Assembly: GCA_036399015.1 (NCBI GenBank) | Contig: DASWNW010000086.1 | Location: 722-64,721 of the forward strand | Length of the DNA stretch: 64,000 nt | Source of the DNA: Thermoanaerobaculia bacterium | GTDB taxonomy: Bacteria; Acidobacteriota; Thermoanaerobaculia; Gp7-AA8 | Direction: 5' to 3' | Shown: piece by piece, positions 1 to 8,846 of the stretch | Position numbering within the stretch: position 1 is the stretch's first letter | Layout of the letters: the number at the start of each line of letters is the position of its first letter | Notes under the pieces: model-generated | Told to the model about the DNA's origin: nothing | Seen by the model: the letters and a program-made list of their open reading frames with translations, nothing else | Database searches by the model: none | Position numbers and translations under genes: made by a program

Positions 1-608
1 GCGCCGGCGAGCCAGGTGCCGATCTGGAAGGCGGTGGCGAGATTCACGAGTGCGACGACGGCGCCGCAGAAGAGCACGAAGAGCAGCGCGAAGAGGGTGC
101 CGAGGCGGTTCGAGTAGCGGACGATCAGCGCGAAGGGGCGGGTCAGGCTCACCCGCTCGTTCAACTCGAGCGTGCCGACTGCGAGGCCCGCCACGAGCAC
201 CGCCACGACGAAGCCGGCGATGGTGAAGAGCGCGACGTAGCCGAGGAGCGTCGCGGCGGAGGCGGTGAGGATGTAGCTCGCCAGGGCGGCGGCCGGCACG
301 CGCCACGTTTCGCGTCCCGGAGTGGTACCGCGCGAGGCGGCGATGCGGCAGGCGCGCGCGTAGACGGCGCGTCCCCAGAAGGCGAGGACGATCGTAAGCA
401 CGGTCATGTTCGCGGTGGCGCCGAGGAGGTTGCCGTAGCGGGCGGCGTCGGCGCCGACCTCGATGAGCTGGTCGAGGAAGAGCGCCTGCAGGAAGCGGTA
501 GGGGAGCGAGGTCGCCATCAGCAGGCCGGCCCAGGGGGCGGCGGTCAGCGACACGACGTCGGCCGCTTCGTCGAGGACGGAGGTCGTGGAGAGCGGCGCC
601 CGGATCAA
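1..608 (-). CDS. hypothetical polytopic membrane protein; C-terminal part runs off window edge; start uncertain (possibly TTG at 608 overlapping stop of upstream gene)
   Basis: Manual translation of minus strand gives uninterrupted frame (..APLSTTSVLDEAADVVSLTAAPWAGLLMATSLPYRFLQALFLDQLIEVG..) with several hydrophobic helices and GC3-rich codons; not in ORF track because it is open at the edge. Confidence 0.35.
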   Translation of the reverse strand, partial: MIRAPLSTTSVLDEAADVVSLTAAPWAGLLMATSLPYRFLQALFLDQLIEVGADAARYGNLLGATANMTVLTIVLAFWGRAVYARACRIAASRGTTPGRETWRVPAAALASYILTASAATLLGYVALFTIAGFVVAVLVAGLAVGTLELNERVSLTRPFALIVRYSNRLGTLFALLFVLFCGAVVALVNLATAFQIGTWLAG

Positions 609-937
609 AACAGTCCCGCGATGACGGCGCCGGTCCAGACCATGACGCGTGCGCCTGCGTAGAGAAGAAAGAGGGAGGCGGTCACGACACCGATCCAGGC
701 GAAGACGGGAGAGCGCTCCCTCTTCGGTCCGCGCTTCGCGGCGAGGCATTGCGCGCAGTGCCAGATGCCGTCCCACTGCGTCGCGCATTCCTGGCAGAGC
801 GTCTTCGTGCAGGACATGCAGCGCGCGAACGCCGGCCGCTGGTCGTGCACCGAACAACGCTGCGCGGCGGTGAGCATCGCCGCGCAGTTTAGCAACGATT
901 GACAGCCGGTGACGGTCCCGCTACCCTCGCCGCACAA
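605..937 (-). CDS. Cys-rich (B-box/zinc-ribbon-like) protein with C-terminal transmembrane helix; start may be internal Met (877)
   Basis: ORF track 605..937; CxxC..CxxC..H..CxxC pattern followed by hydrophobic segment VFAWIGVVTASLFLLYAGARVMVWTGAVIAGLF. Confidence 0.4.
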   Translation of the reverse strand: MCGEGSGTVTGCQSLLNCAAMLTAAQRCSVHDQRPAFARCMSCTKTLCQECATQWDGIWHCAQCLAAKRGPKRERSPVFAWIGVVTASLFLLYAGARVMVWTGAVIAGLF

Positions 938-1040
938 TGAACTGCAACGCCCCCGCCTTCGCGTATTCGTACCGCTACTTTACGTAGCGCGGGGTCAACA
1001 CTGCCCCGACGCGAGAAGGGGCATTCGACCGAACGGCAAA

Positions 1041-1078
1041 TCGAACCTCTTCCCGCCTCGGGAAGAGGTTTTTTGTTT
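1041..1078 (+). promoter_or_regulatory. terminator-like hairpin plus U-tract immediately upstream of chorismate mutase start, sequestering its AAGAGG RBS (candidate attenuator/leader)
   Basis: GAACCTCTTCCC-GCCTC-GGGAAGAGG followed by TTTTTTGTTT then ATG at 1079. Confidence 0.35.
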
Positions 1079-1369
1079 ATGAGTCCAGTCGAAGCCGAAA
1101 CGGAACTGAGGCGCCTGCGCGATGCGATCGACCGCGTCGACGAGGTGCTGGTCAAGCTCCTCAACCAGCGCGCCAAGTACGCCGTCGAGATCGGGGAGCT
1201 GAAGGGCATCCTCGGGTTGCCGATCTACGCGCCGGAACGGGAGAAGGAAGTACTGAGCCACGCCGAGGCGACCTCCGAGGGGCCGCTCGACGCTGCCGCC
1301 GTCCGCCGGCTGTTCGAGCGAATCATCGACGAATCGAGAAGAGTCGAGCGCGAGTCCGCGCAGCGATAG
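1079..1369 (+). CDS. chorismate mutase (AroQ class, monofunctional)
   Basis: ORF 1073..1369; ATG at 1079; typical AroQ helical sequence LRRLRDAIDRVDEVLVKLLNQRAKYAVEIGELK; adjacent to DAHP synthase. Confidence 0.85.
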   Translation: MSPVEAETELRRLRDAIDRVDEVLVKLLNQRAKYAVEIGELKGILGLPIYAPEREKEVLSHAEATSEGPLDAAAVRRLFERIIDESRRVERESAQR

Positions 1370-1377
1370 GAGAACCC

Positions 1378-2391
1378 ATGGTCATCGTGATGCAGAAACA
1401 TGCCCCCGAGGCGAGCATCGAGCGCGTCGTCGCGGAGCTCAGCTCGCGCGGCTTCGACGTCCACCGTTCCACCGGCTCCGACCAGACCGTCCTCGGCGTC
1501 GTCGGCCACGTCGAAACCATCGATCCGCGCGAGTTCGAGTTGTTCGAGGGCGTGCAGGAGGCGGTGCGCGTGAGCGAGCCGTACAAGCTCACCAGCCGCA
1601 CGTTCAAGCGGGAGAACACCGTCGTGCGCGCGCGCGGAGTCGACATCGGCGGCGACAAGGTCGTGGTCATGGCCGGCCCCTGCACGATCGAGAACGAGGA
1701 GCAGATGTTCGAGACCGCGCGCCGTGTGGCCCGCGCCGGCGCGAGGGTCCTCCGCGGCGGGGCGTACAAGCCGCGCAGTTCGCCGTACGCCTTCCAGGGG
1801 ATGGGCGTGGAGGGGCTGAAGCTGCTGCGCGCCGCGGGCGACGAGAACGACATGGCCACGATCTCAGAGGTGATGGAGATCAGCCAGATCGACAAGATGC
1901 TCGAGTACGTCGACATCCTGCAGGTCGGCGCGCGGAACATGCAGAACTTCAATCTGCTGGCGGCGCTCGGGCAGATCCGGAAGCCGGTCCTCCTCAAGCG
2001 CGGGATGTCGGCGACGATCCAGGAATGGCTGCTCGCCGCCGAGTACATCATGAGCGGCGGCAATTACGACGTGATCCTTTGCGAGCGCGGCATCCGGACG
2101 TTCGAGACGTATACGCGCAACACGCTCGACATCTCCGCGATCCCGGTGCTCAACAAGCTCTCGCACCTGCCGGTGATCGGCGACCCGTCGCACGCGGTCG
2201 GCCGGCGCGACAAGGTCATGCCGCTCGCACGCGCCGTGGTCGCCGCCGGCGGAGACGGATTGCTGATCGAGGTGCACCACGACCCCGAGAAAGCGGTATG
2301 CGACGGTCCGCAATCGCTCTACCCCGAACAATTCGCGCGGCTGATGGACGAATTGCGCATCATCGTGCCGGCGGTGGGGCGGAGGATTTGA
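1378..2391 (+). CDS. 3-deoxy-7-phosphoheptulonate (DAHP) synthase, type I-beta with N-terminal ferredoxin-like regulatory domain
   Basis: 337 aa; strong similarity pattern to Thermotoga/Bacillus AroA(G)-type DAHPS/KDO8PS fold ([32 protein letters not shown]). Confidence 0.85.
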   Translation: MVIVMQKHAPEASIERVVAELSSRGFDVHRSTGSDQTVLGVVGHVETIDPREFELFEGVQEAVRVSEPYKLTSRTFKRENTVVRARGVDIGGDKVVVMAGPCTIENEEQMFETARRVARAGARVLRGGAYKPRSSPYAFQGMGVEGLKLLRAAGDENDMATISEVMEISQIDKMLEYVDILQVGARNMQNFNLLAALGQIRKPVLLKRGMSATIQEWLLAAEYIMSGGNYDVILCERGIRTFETYTRNTLDISAIPVLNKLSHLPVIGDPSHAVGRRDKVMPLARAVVAAGGDGLLIEVHHDPEKAVCDGPQSLYPEQFARLMDELRIIVPAVGRRI

Positions 2392-2476
2392 GCGCGTGCG
2401 CTCCGCTTATGGGGGCGGCACGAGCCACTCGAATCTCGCGGGCGGGTACGGCAGTTGCTCGCTTCGGTAGCACTCC

Positions 2477-2989
2477 ATGAACGCGGCGGCGCTGTTCCTG
2501 ACCTCGATCGTCACGTTGTCGGTTGCGACGAACGTCGTGCTGATGATTCACAGTTACGTTCAGGGCGGCCGCCCATCGCGAGCTGCCGGCTTCGCGGCCC
2601 TGGCTCGCGTCCGTCGGCAGATCGCGGCCTACCTCATCGACGGATGCGTCTTGGTGATCCTGACGCTTCTTCTCGCGTCGACGTACGGTTCCGCGGCGGC
2701 TTTGGTGTCGCCAATCGTGTTCTTCATCTTCGCGTTTCTTTATCCGCTCGTCCTCTACAGGTTCGCTGCACGAACCTGGGGCCAGATGGCAATGAAGCTT
2801 CGCCGCCCGATGGCTCGGTCGTTCAGCGAGACGGCGGCCGCGCGAGCGGTCCTCGCGTTCCTGCTGACCGTCTACGGCTTCCCGTTCGGGTTCTTATGCG
2901 CGCTCGTTGACGCCGAGCGCCGGACCATCGACGAGAAGATCGTCGGTTTGCGGTTCTCGACGGAGGGGACGGGCGAGCTGACGGCGTGA
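2477..2989 (+). CDS. hypothetical membrane protein (RDD-like?)
   Basis: ORF 2477..2989 with 3-4 hydrophobic helices; overlapping alternative frame 2455..2910 judged less likely. Confidence 0.35.
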   Translation: MNAAALFLTSIVTLSVATNVVLMIHSYVQGGRPSRAAGFAALARVRRQIAAYLIDGCVLVILTLLLASTYGSAAALVSPIVFFIFAFLYPLVLYRFAARTWGQMAMKLRRPMARSFSETAAARAVLAFLLTVYGFPFGFLCALVDAERRTIDEKIVGLRFSTEGTGELTA

Positions 2990-3016
2990 AACTGCCGCGC
3001 GCTATCATCCCGCCCC

Positions 3017-3619
3017 GTGCGCCGCTATCTCCTTGCCTTGATCCTCCTCGCCAGTTGCGCCCCCGCGCCCGCTCCGGTTGGACCGCCGGTCGCGCCCGCG
3101 CCGCCACTGCCGTCCGCCGCGGCGCCGGCGGCGGAGGAGGCGGTCACCGGGACCGTCTACGTCACCGCCTCCGCGCTCAACGTGCGGGCGGAGCCGTCGA
3201 CGCAGGCGGGCATCGTGGCGACGGCGAAGCGGGGGGCGGCGCTGGCGGTGCTGGCGAACGGGAACGGGTGGCTGAAGGTGCGGCTCGCGAACGGCCGCGA
3301 GGGGTGGGTGGCGGAGCGCTTCGTCGGGACGCAGGCGGAGACGAAAAAGTCGGTGAAGCGCGACTGCGAGTCGGATTACTCGTTCATCCAGACCCCGACG
3401 CTCTCCTTCACCGAGCAGGACGCCCACGGGCTGGTGGTGGTCGAGGCGACGGTGAACGCGAAGGGCGTGGTGACGTCGACGAAGGTCATCTCGAACAACA
3501 CCGGGGACAGGAACGCCGGCGCGGTCGCGGAGCGGGAGATCCGCTCCGCGAGGTTCTCACCGCCGATGAGGAACTGCCAGCCGCGGTCGTTCATCTTCAC
3601 GTACCGGCGAACGTTTTAG
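3017..3619 (+). CDS. lipoprotein with bacterial SH3 (SH3b) domain and C-terminal TonB_C-like domain
   Basis: Signal/lipobox LILLASCAP; Pro/Ala-rich linker; SH3b-like VYVTASALNVRAEPS..GWLKVRLANGREGWV; C-terminal segment resembles TonB C-terminal fold. Confidence 0.5.
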   Translation: MRRYLLALILLASCAPAPAPVGPPVAPAPPLPSAAAPAAEEAVTGTVYVTASALNVRAEPSTQAGIVATAKRGAALAVLANGNGWLKVRLANGREGWVAERFVGTQAETKKSVKRDCESDYSFIQTPTLSFTEQDAHGLVVVEATVNAKGVVTSTKVISNNTGDRNAGAVAEREIRSARFSPPMRNCQPRSFIFTYRRTF

Positions 3620-3628
3620 CGAAAGCAC

Positions 3629-4270
3629 ATGAGAAATCCCTGCTCGCCGATCGTCCTCGCCGCTGTCTTCATTGCGGCCGCGGCCGGATGCAAGCCGGCG
3701 CGCGTCGTCAGTCCGCGTGACGCCGCGCCAGCGCAAGCACATACGGTCACCCCGCCGCCCATTCTGTCCCCCACGGAGATTCTCGACTTCGATCCGCAGC
3801 CCGATCCCGAGGCGGCGCGGTTGTGGCGCCGGCTCATGGCGGGAGAGCGGGGGACGGTGCGGGCCGAGCTTGCCGCGCGCTACGAGGCGCAACGGTACCG
3901 TGCCGCGGCAGCGTTCGTGCGGGCGGCGGGTGAAGCGGAAAAGGGGGTCCCTGCCGAGCGATGGCTTCCCGAACTGCTGCAGACTGACCTCGGGCCCGGC
4001 GTGATCCGCGGGTGCGATCGCTACGACTCGAACGTCATACGCCCGATCCTCGAGCAGATGTTTCGTCTCACGACTGCCAGTCGCTACCTTGAGGCGCGCG
4101 ACGCCGGGCTCTCGGGGATGCAGGAGGTGGGGCGCCTCTGTCCGCTCGTCGTCCAGACCGCGTTCGCCACGATCGCGGCGGCGGCGGAACGCAAACCCGT
4201 TTCGGACGAGGAGTTCGAGCTCGCCCGGCGAGCCACGATCACGGGCGACATCGGATGGACCAGTTTGTGA
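3629..4270 (+). CDS. hypothetical lipoprotein
   Basis: ORF 3629..4270; lipoprotein signal VLAAVFIAAAAGC; no recognisable domain. Confidence 0.45.
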   Translation: MRNPCSPIVLAAVFIAAAAGCKPARVVSPRDAAPAQAHTVTPPPILSPTEILDFDPQPDPEAARLWRRLMAGERGTVRAELAARYEAQRYRAAAAFVRAAGEAEKGVPAERWLPELLQTDLGPGVIRGCDRYDSNVIRPILEQMFRLTTASRYLEARDAGLSGMQEVGRLCPLVVQTAFATIAAAAERKPVSDEEFELARRATITGDIGWTSL

Positions 4271-4460
4271 CGCAGGGCGGTGTCACGGCCTACCAGTTTG
4301 CCGCGCTTCATCTGCTGGATCAGGGCGATCCGGCCTCTGCGGTCGTGGCAGCGGAGTTGGGCGTCGCGCGTGAAAAGAAGACGTTCCCGAATTCCGTCGG
4401 ATCGAAGATCGTAGGCATTGCAGACAAGGCCTGGAAGGCGCTCGAGGGACGGCGATGACG

Positions 4461-4522
4461 CCGGTTCCTCGGGTTCCTCGGCGTAACCGCACCCGAGGAA
4501 CTCCGAGGAACCGAGGAACCCC
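4461..4522. repeat. tandem-unit hairpin repeat, unit GTTCCTCGG / CCGAGGAAC (family shared with 22179-22218 and 27474-27563)
   Basis: ggttcctcgggttcctcgg..loop..ccgaggaactccgaggaaccgaggaacc between convergent genes. Confidence 0.7.
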
Positions 4523-4528
4523 GCGCCC

Positions 4529-5986
4529 TCACTCCTTGTCGATCGTGATGTTCCCGTTCGCGTTCGTCAGGTCGAGCTGGCAACCGCCGCGGCCGATGGT
4601 GCCGACGAGCGTGTTCTCATTCACGCCGTTCGTCGTCACCGGGAGGGCGCTCTTGATCGACCCGAACGAGGTGCGGGCGTTGACGCTGTAGCTCGAGCCT
4701 GCCGGCACCGACACCTTGATCGGGCTGAAGTTCGTGCGCAGCGCGACGGGGCGGCAGCCGGTGCCGCGGAGGCCGGCGACGGAGATGGCGCCGTTCGAGT
4801 TCTCGACCCGCACCGGGCCGCCGGCGCCGTCGATCTTCACCCAGCCGAAGCTCGAGCGGACCGTCGCGGCATTGCCCATCTCGTTCAGCGTCACGTTGCC
4901 GTTCTGGTTGTCGACCGTCGCCGCGCCGCGCACCCGGTCCGCCTGAACGTCGGCGAAGCGGGTGGTGGCGGTGAACGCGCCGGTGATGTCGCTGACCTTG
5001 ATGCTGCCGTTGCTGTTCTTCACGGTCGCCGCGCCACTGACCTTGCTCAGCGTCACGGCGCCGAAGGCCGTCTCGACGACCGCGGCGCCGGAGATGTTCG
5101 TCGCCTCGACCCCCGAGTTGCTGCCGTCGACGGTGAGGGTGCCGCCGACCGTGTTCACGACCACGGAGCCGAACGAGTTCCGCACCGTCGCCGCGCCGCC
5201 GACGTTCGCCAGTTCGACGCGGGCGTTGCTGGTGGTGACGTCGGCGCCGCCGCGCACCGTCGACGCCTTGACGTTCCCGAACGTGCTGACGGCCTTGAGG
5301 CCTCCGCCGATGTCGACCACGTCGATCGAGCCGTTCGCGTTCGTGATCGTGGCGCCGCGTCCGACGTTCGACACCTCCACCGACCCGAAGCGATTCGTGA
5401 CGGTGAGGGCGCCGTCGACTTTCTCGACGTCGATCGAGCCGTTCTGGTTGTGGACCGTGAGGTCGCCGCGGTTCGTCTTGACGTCGATCGAGCCGAAGGA
5501 GTTCGAGAGGGTGTGCGCGCCCCGTCCGTCGAAGAAGGAGATCGAGCCCTGCTTGTTCTCGATCGTGCTGGACGCGCCGAGGCCGCGCGCGTCGATGTTG
5601 CCGAAGCTGTTCCGCGCCGTCACCGGCGCGTTCGCCGGCACCGTCACCGTCATGTCGACGGAGTACGACACGTGCCCGAACATCTTCTTCACCTCGGGGA
5701 TCGTCGTCGTGATGCTCACGCCCGACGGGCTCTCGGTCGTGGTGATGCGGATGGCCTTGCCGATCTCGTCGTCGGACGAGCGGATGACCGCACGCACCTG
5801 CACCTGCGAGCTGTCGTGCGTGCGGAGGGTGAGGTCGCCCGCCGCGTGCTGAATCGTGACGCGTCCGCCGCTGAACGTGGCGTTCTTGCCGTAGCGGGTT
5901 TCGAAGCGCGACTCGTCGTCCTCTGCCAGGAGAGGCAGGGCGAGGAGCAGCGAGAGTGCGAGGAGCAAATTACGGAGTCGAAGCAT
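4529..5986 (-). CDS. secreted DUF4097-type repeat protein (putative adhesin), downstream of anti-sigma factor
   Basis: 485 aa; signal peptide; ~20 tandem N-x-F/NG-S-I-x-V beta-strand repeats typical of DUF4097; operon position after ECF sigma/anti-sigma. Confidence 0.6.
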   Translation of the reverse strand: MLRLRNLLLALSLLLALPLLAEDDESRFETRYGKNATFSGGRVTIQHAAGDLTLRTHDSSQVQVRAVIRSSDDEIGKAIRITTTESPSGVSITTTIPEVKKMFGHVSYSVDMTVTVPANAPVTARNSFGNIDARGLGASSTIENKQGSISFFDGRGAHTLSNSFGSIDVKTNRGDLTVHNQNGSIDVEKVDGALTVTNRFGSVEVSNVGRGATITNANGSIDVVDIGGGLKAVSTFGNVKASTVRGGADVTTSNARVELANVGGAATVRNSFGSVVVNTVGGTLTVDGSNSGVEATNISGAAVVETAFGAVTLSKVSGAATVKNSNGSIKVSDITGAFTATTRFADVQADRVRGAATVDNQNGNVTLNEMGNAATVRSSFGWVKIDGAGGPVRVENSNGAISVAGLRGTGCRPVALRTNFSPIKVSVPAGSSYSVNARTSFGSIKSALPVTTNGVNENTLVGTIGRGGCQLDLTNANGNITIDKE

Positions 5987-6602
5987 GGGAGTCCTCCCGC
6001 AGCACGTCGTGCAAGGTGATCTGCTTTTCGGTGTACATGGCCAGCAGTTGCTTGCGGAGGTGCGCGTTCTGTCGGTTCTGTTCGATGTTCGCCTCGCATT
6101 CGGCGATGGCGTCGTCGAGCAGCATCAGTTTTTCCTTGTACGAGACGATGAGCGGTGATTCGGCGGCGTCGAGCTTGTCGTCGGTGAGTCGCTCGAGTTT
6201 CTCGATGGCGGCGACGTGCTCCCGCTCCGCCCGTTCGACGTCGTCGAGGGCGGTGATGCGCAGGATGTCGCTGTCGAACGCTGCCTCGTGCGTCTGCACG
6301 CGCAGCGCGTAGAACATGGTGCCGCCGAGGGCAAACGTGAGGACCGCGGCGGCGGCGAACGAACGGAAGCGGCGAACGGGACGGCGGCGCTGCTCGTCGC
6401 GGATCGAGCGCTCGATCCGGGGCCAGAGCATGTCGTTCGTCCAGGACATCTGCATCGAGCGGGCGGTTGCGGAGATGTCGTTCCACGACGCCAGCTTTTC
6501 GGCGCAGGCAGGGCAGTCCTGCGCGTGGCGCTCCGCCGTCTCCATGGCGAGCGGCGAGGCGTCGAAAAGAAGGTCGTCGAGCTGACTGCACGTGACGTTC
6601 AT
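5970..6602 (-). CDS. anti-sigma factor, zf-HC2 type, single-pass membrane
   Basis: ORF 5970..6656, start taken at Met19 (6602) overlapping sigma stop (ATGA); H..C..C zinc motif HAQDCPACAEK then TM helix. Confidence 0.6.
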   Translation of the reverse strand: MNVTCSQLDDLLFDASPLAMETAERHAQDCPACAEKLASWNDISATARSMQMSWTNDMLWPRIERSIRDEQRRRPVRRFRSFAAAAVLTFALGGTMFYALRVQTHEAAFDSDILRITALDDVERAEREHVAAIEKLERLTDDKLDAAESPLIVSYKEKLMLLDDAIAECEANIEQNRQNAHLRKQLLAMYTEKQITLHDVLREDSHASTP

Positions 6603-7174
6603 TGGGATGTCTTCCACTTTTCCTGAAGCTCTTTCTTGGTGGCGAAGAGGATCCACTTGGAGTTCCCCTCGCTGATGCCGAGGACCTGGCCGATCTCGGC
6701 GTGACTGAGTCCCTCGATCTCGAAGAGGGTGAAAACGCTGCGGCGCTGCTCGGGCAGCTCGTCGAGGAGCCGGCGCAGGGCGATGCGCTTCATGTCGTCG
6801 ACGCTGGCGCTGCTGCGCTCCAGCTCGTCGTCGATCGGCGTCTCCTCCACGCGCCGCTTGCGCTTACGGAGGATGTCGTAGCAGGTGTTGACGAGGATCC
6901 GGAACACCCAGGTGGCGAAGGAGGCCTCGCCGGTGAAGGTGGTGGCGGAGCGGTGCACCTTGAGGAAGGTCTCCTGCACCGCATCCTCGGCGTCGCTGCT
7001 GTTGCCGAGGTGGTTCCAGGCGATGCTCTTCATCCGGTCGCCGAAGCGGCGGTAGATCTCCTCGAACGCCCGCGAGTCGCCCGCCACGCAGGCCGACGCC
7101 AGCCGCTGGTCTTCGGCGTCCGGCGCGGCGGTCGCGGCGAGGTGCAGCATCGGTGTCATGGCGGCGTGGAGCAT
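6599..7174 (-). CDS. RNA polymerase ECF sigma factor (sigma-70 regions 2 and 4)
   Basis: 191 aa; AFEEIYRRF..., region 2 and region 4 HTH (LSHAEIGQVLGISEGNSK). Confidence 0.8.
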   Translation of the reverse strand: MLHAAMTPMLHLAATAAPDAEDQRLASACVAGDSRAFEEIYRRFGDRMKSIAWNHLGNSSDAEDAVQETFLKVHRSATTFTGEASFATWVFRILVNTCYDILRKRKRRVEETPIDDELERSSASVDDMKRIALRRLLDELPEQRRSVFTLFEIEGLSHAEIGQVLGISEGNSKWILFATKKELQEKWKTSQ

Positions 7175-7218
7175 TGTTCTGCCCGGATAGACGCGGGGGG
7201 AAGGGAAACGTTAGAAAG

Positions 7219-7350
7219 GGTTGCTGGTTGCTGGTTGCTCGTGTCGGTTGTCAGTTGCTCGTTGTCAGTTGTCGGTTGTCGGTTGTCCGTGGAGTGTCGC
7301 CCGGGCGGGAACCCACGTCGACAACTGACAACCGACAACCGACAACACAA
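7219..7350. repeat. composite tandem-unit hairpin: 3x GTTGCTG units then long GTTGTCG/CGACAAC palindrome (stem ~27 bp)
   Basis: ggttgctggttgctggttgctc..gttgtcagttgtcggttgtcggttgtcc-loop-gacaactgacaaccgacaaccgacaac between fpg 3' end and ECF sigma start. Confidence 0.75.
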
Positions 7351-8232
7351 CTAAAGCTCATCGATCGACTTCGGCCAATCCCCCTTCAGCAGGCGCGATA
7401 AAGCACGGTCTGCCAGCAACTTGCCTCCGGTCTGGCAGCGCGCGCAGTAGTTCGTCTCGTTCTCCGCGTGGACGATGCGCTGGACGGGGGTGCCGCAGAC
7501 GGGGCAGGGGAGGTTGTAGCGGCCGTGGACGGCCATCTCCGGGCGGAAGGCGGTGACCTTCTCGGGGAAGCGGCTGCCGGTCTCGGTGCCGAGGCGGTCG
7601 ATCCACTCGAGGAGGACCTCCCGGATCGCCGCGTAGAGACGCGCCAGCTCGTCGGCGGAGAGGTTCGTCGTCATCTGCACCGGCGACAGCCGCGCCCGGT
7701 GGAGGATCTCGTCCGAGTAGGCGTTCCCGATGCCGCTGAAGACGTGCGGATCGGTGAGGGTGCGCTTGAGGGTGTGGCGCTCGCGGGTCAGGGCGGCCCG
7801 GAACTCGTCCAGCGACATCTCCAGTGGCTCGATGCCGCCCGGATCGTGGCCCCGGAGCGCCTCCGCTCCCCGCACGATATGGATGGCCGCGCGCCGCTTC
7901 GACCCGGCCTCGGTCAGGACGAGCGTGCCGTTCTCGAAGTCGAGCGCCGCCAGGCCGAGCTTGCCCGGCACCTTCGCCCCCGCCGCCAACCAGCGAAAGC
8001 GGCCGGCGATCATGAGGTGGATGACGACGAAGAGGTCGTCCTCGAGACCGAACACGATGCGCTTGCCGAGGCGGCGCAGGGAGAGCACCCGCTTCCCGAT
8101 CAAATCGGCCGGAGCGGGGTCGACCGTACGGAGCACGAACGGGTTGGCGAGCCGGAGCTTTTCGACCGTACGGCCGAGCACGCGCTCCTGCAGAGCCCGT
8201 AAGTAGATCTCCACGTCGGGAAGTTCAGGCAC
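7351..8232 (-). CDS. mutM: formamidopyrimidine-DNA glycosylase (Fpg/MutM)
   Basis: ORF 7351..8265; start set at GTG 8232 to give canonical N-terminus (M)PELPDVE; C-terminal zinc finger CPVCGTPV..CARCQ. Confidence 0.85.
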   Translation of the reverse strand: MPELPDVEIYLRALQERVLGRTVEKLRLANPFVLRTVDPAPADLIGKRVLSLRRLGKRIVFGLEDDLFVVIHLMIAGRFRWLAAGAKVPGKLGLAALDFENGTLVLTEAGSKRRAAIHIVRGAEALRGHDPGGIEPLEMSLDEFRAALTRERHTLKRTLTDPHVFSGIGNAYSDEILHRARLSPVQMTTNLSADELARLYAAIREVLLEWIDRLGTETGSRFPEKVTAFRPEMAVHGRYNLPCPVCGTPVQRIVHAENETNYCARCQTGGKLLADRALSRLLKGDWPKSIDEL

Positions 8233-8255
8233 GATCCGGCCATTATCTTCGGTAC

Positions 8256-8846
8256 ATGCGCACATTGAAGGTACTGGTTGCCGGCTGGCTGGCCGGAGGC
8301 GCGTTCATCGTGCTGCTGTCGCTGTGGCCGAAAACGGCGGCCGTGGCGGTCGCCGATGGGCCGGTTGCCGCTTCCCCGTTGCCGGCGGCCAGCGGCTCTG
8401 CCGTCCACATGCTGGTTCCCGTCTCCGGCATCGCCCCCTCGGCGCTGCGCGACAACTTCACGCAGCCTCGCGGCAACGGGCGCCTGCACCACGCCATCGA
8501 CATCATGGCGCCGCATGGAACTCCGGTCGTGGCGGCGGTCTCGGGGACGATCCGCAAGCTCTTCACCAGCAAGGCGGGCGGGCTGACGATCTACCAGTTC
8601 GACGAGGCGGAGGAGCGCGTCTACTACTACGCGCACCTGCAGCGCTACGCGAACGGGATCGCCGAGGGGATGGTCGTCGAGCAGGGGACGGTGATCGGGT
8701 ACGTCGGCGTCACCGGCAACTCGGCCAAGGACGCGCCGCATCTCCACTTCTCCGTCGAGGTGCTGGGGCCGACGAAGGAGTGGTGGAAGGGGACGCCGTT
8801 GAATCCCTACCCGCTGCTCACCGCACGCGCTTCAGCGCTTCCGTGA
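8256..8846 (+). CDS. M23 family (LytM-type) metallopeptidase, secreted
   Basis: HHAIDI..., HLHF motifs (HxxxD / HxH) and signal/TM at N-terminus. Confidence 0.75.
   Translation: MRTLKVLVAGWLAGGAFIVLLSLWPKTAAVAVADGPVAASPLPAASGSAVHMLVPVSGIAPSALRDNFTQPRGNGRLHHAIDIMAPHGTPVVAAVSGTIRKLFTSKAGGLTIYQFDEAEERVYYYAHLQRYANGIAEGMVVEQGTVIGYVGVTGNSAKDAPHLHFSVEVLGPTKEWWKGTPLNPYPLLTARASALP

Noticed and set aside
4255-4458. 67-aa ORF with a MarR-like helix fragment (TAYQFAALHLLDQGDPASAVVAAELGV)
   Set aside because: Only the first helix of a MarR wHTH is present, it overlaps the end of the upstream lipoprotein gene and runs into the repeat element. At best it is a gene remnant.
7153-7401. Short ORFs encoded by the heptamer repeats (peptides such as LLVAGCWLLV, DNRQPTTDNRQ, PRNRGTPRN)
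   Set aside because: Their amino-acid periodicity simply mirrors the 7-9-nt DNA repeat in all frames and both strands. They are artefacts of the hairpin elements.
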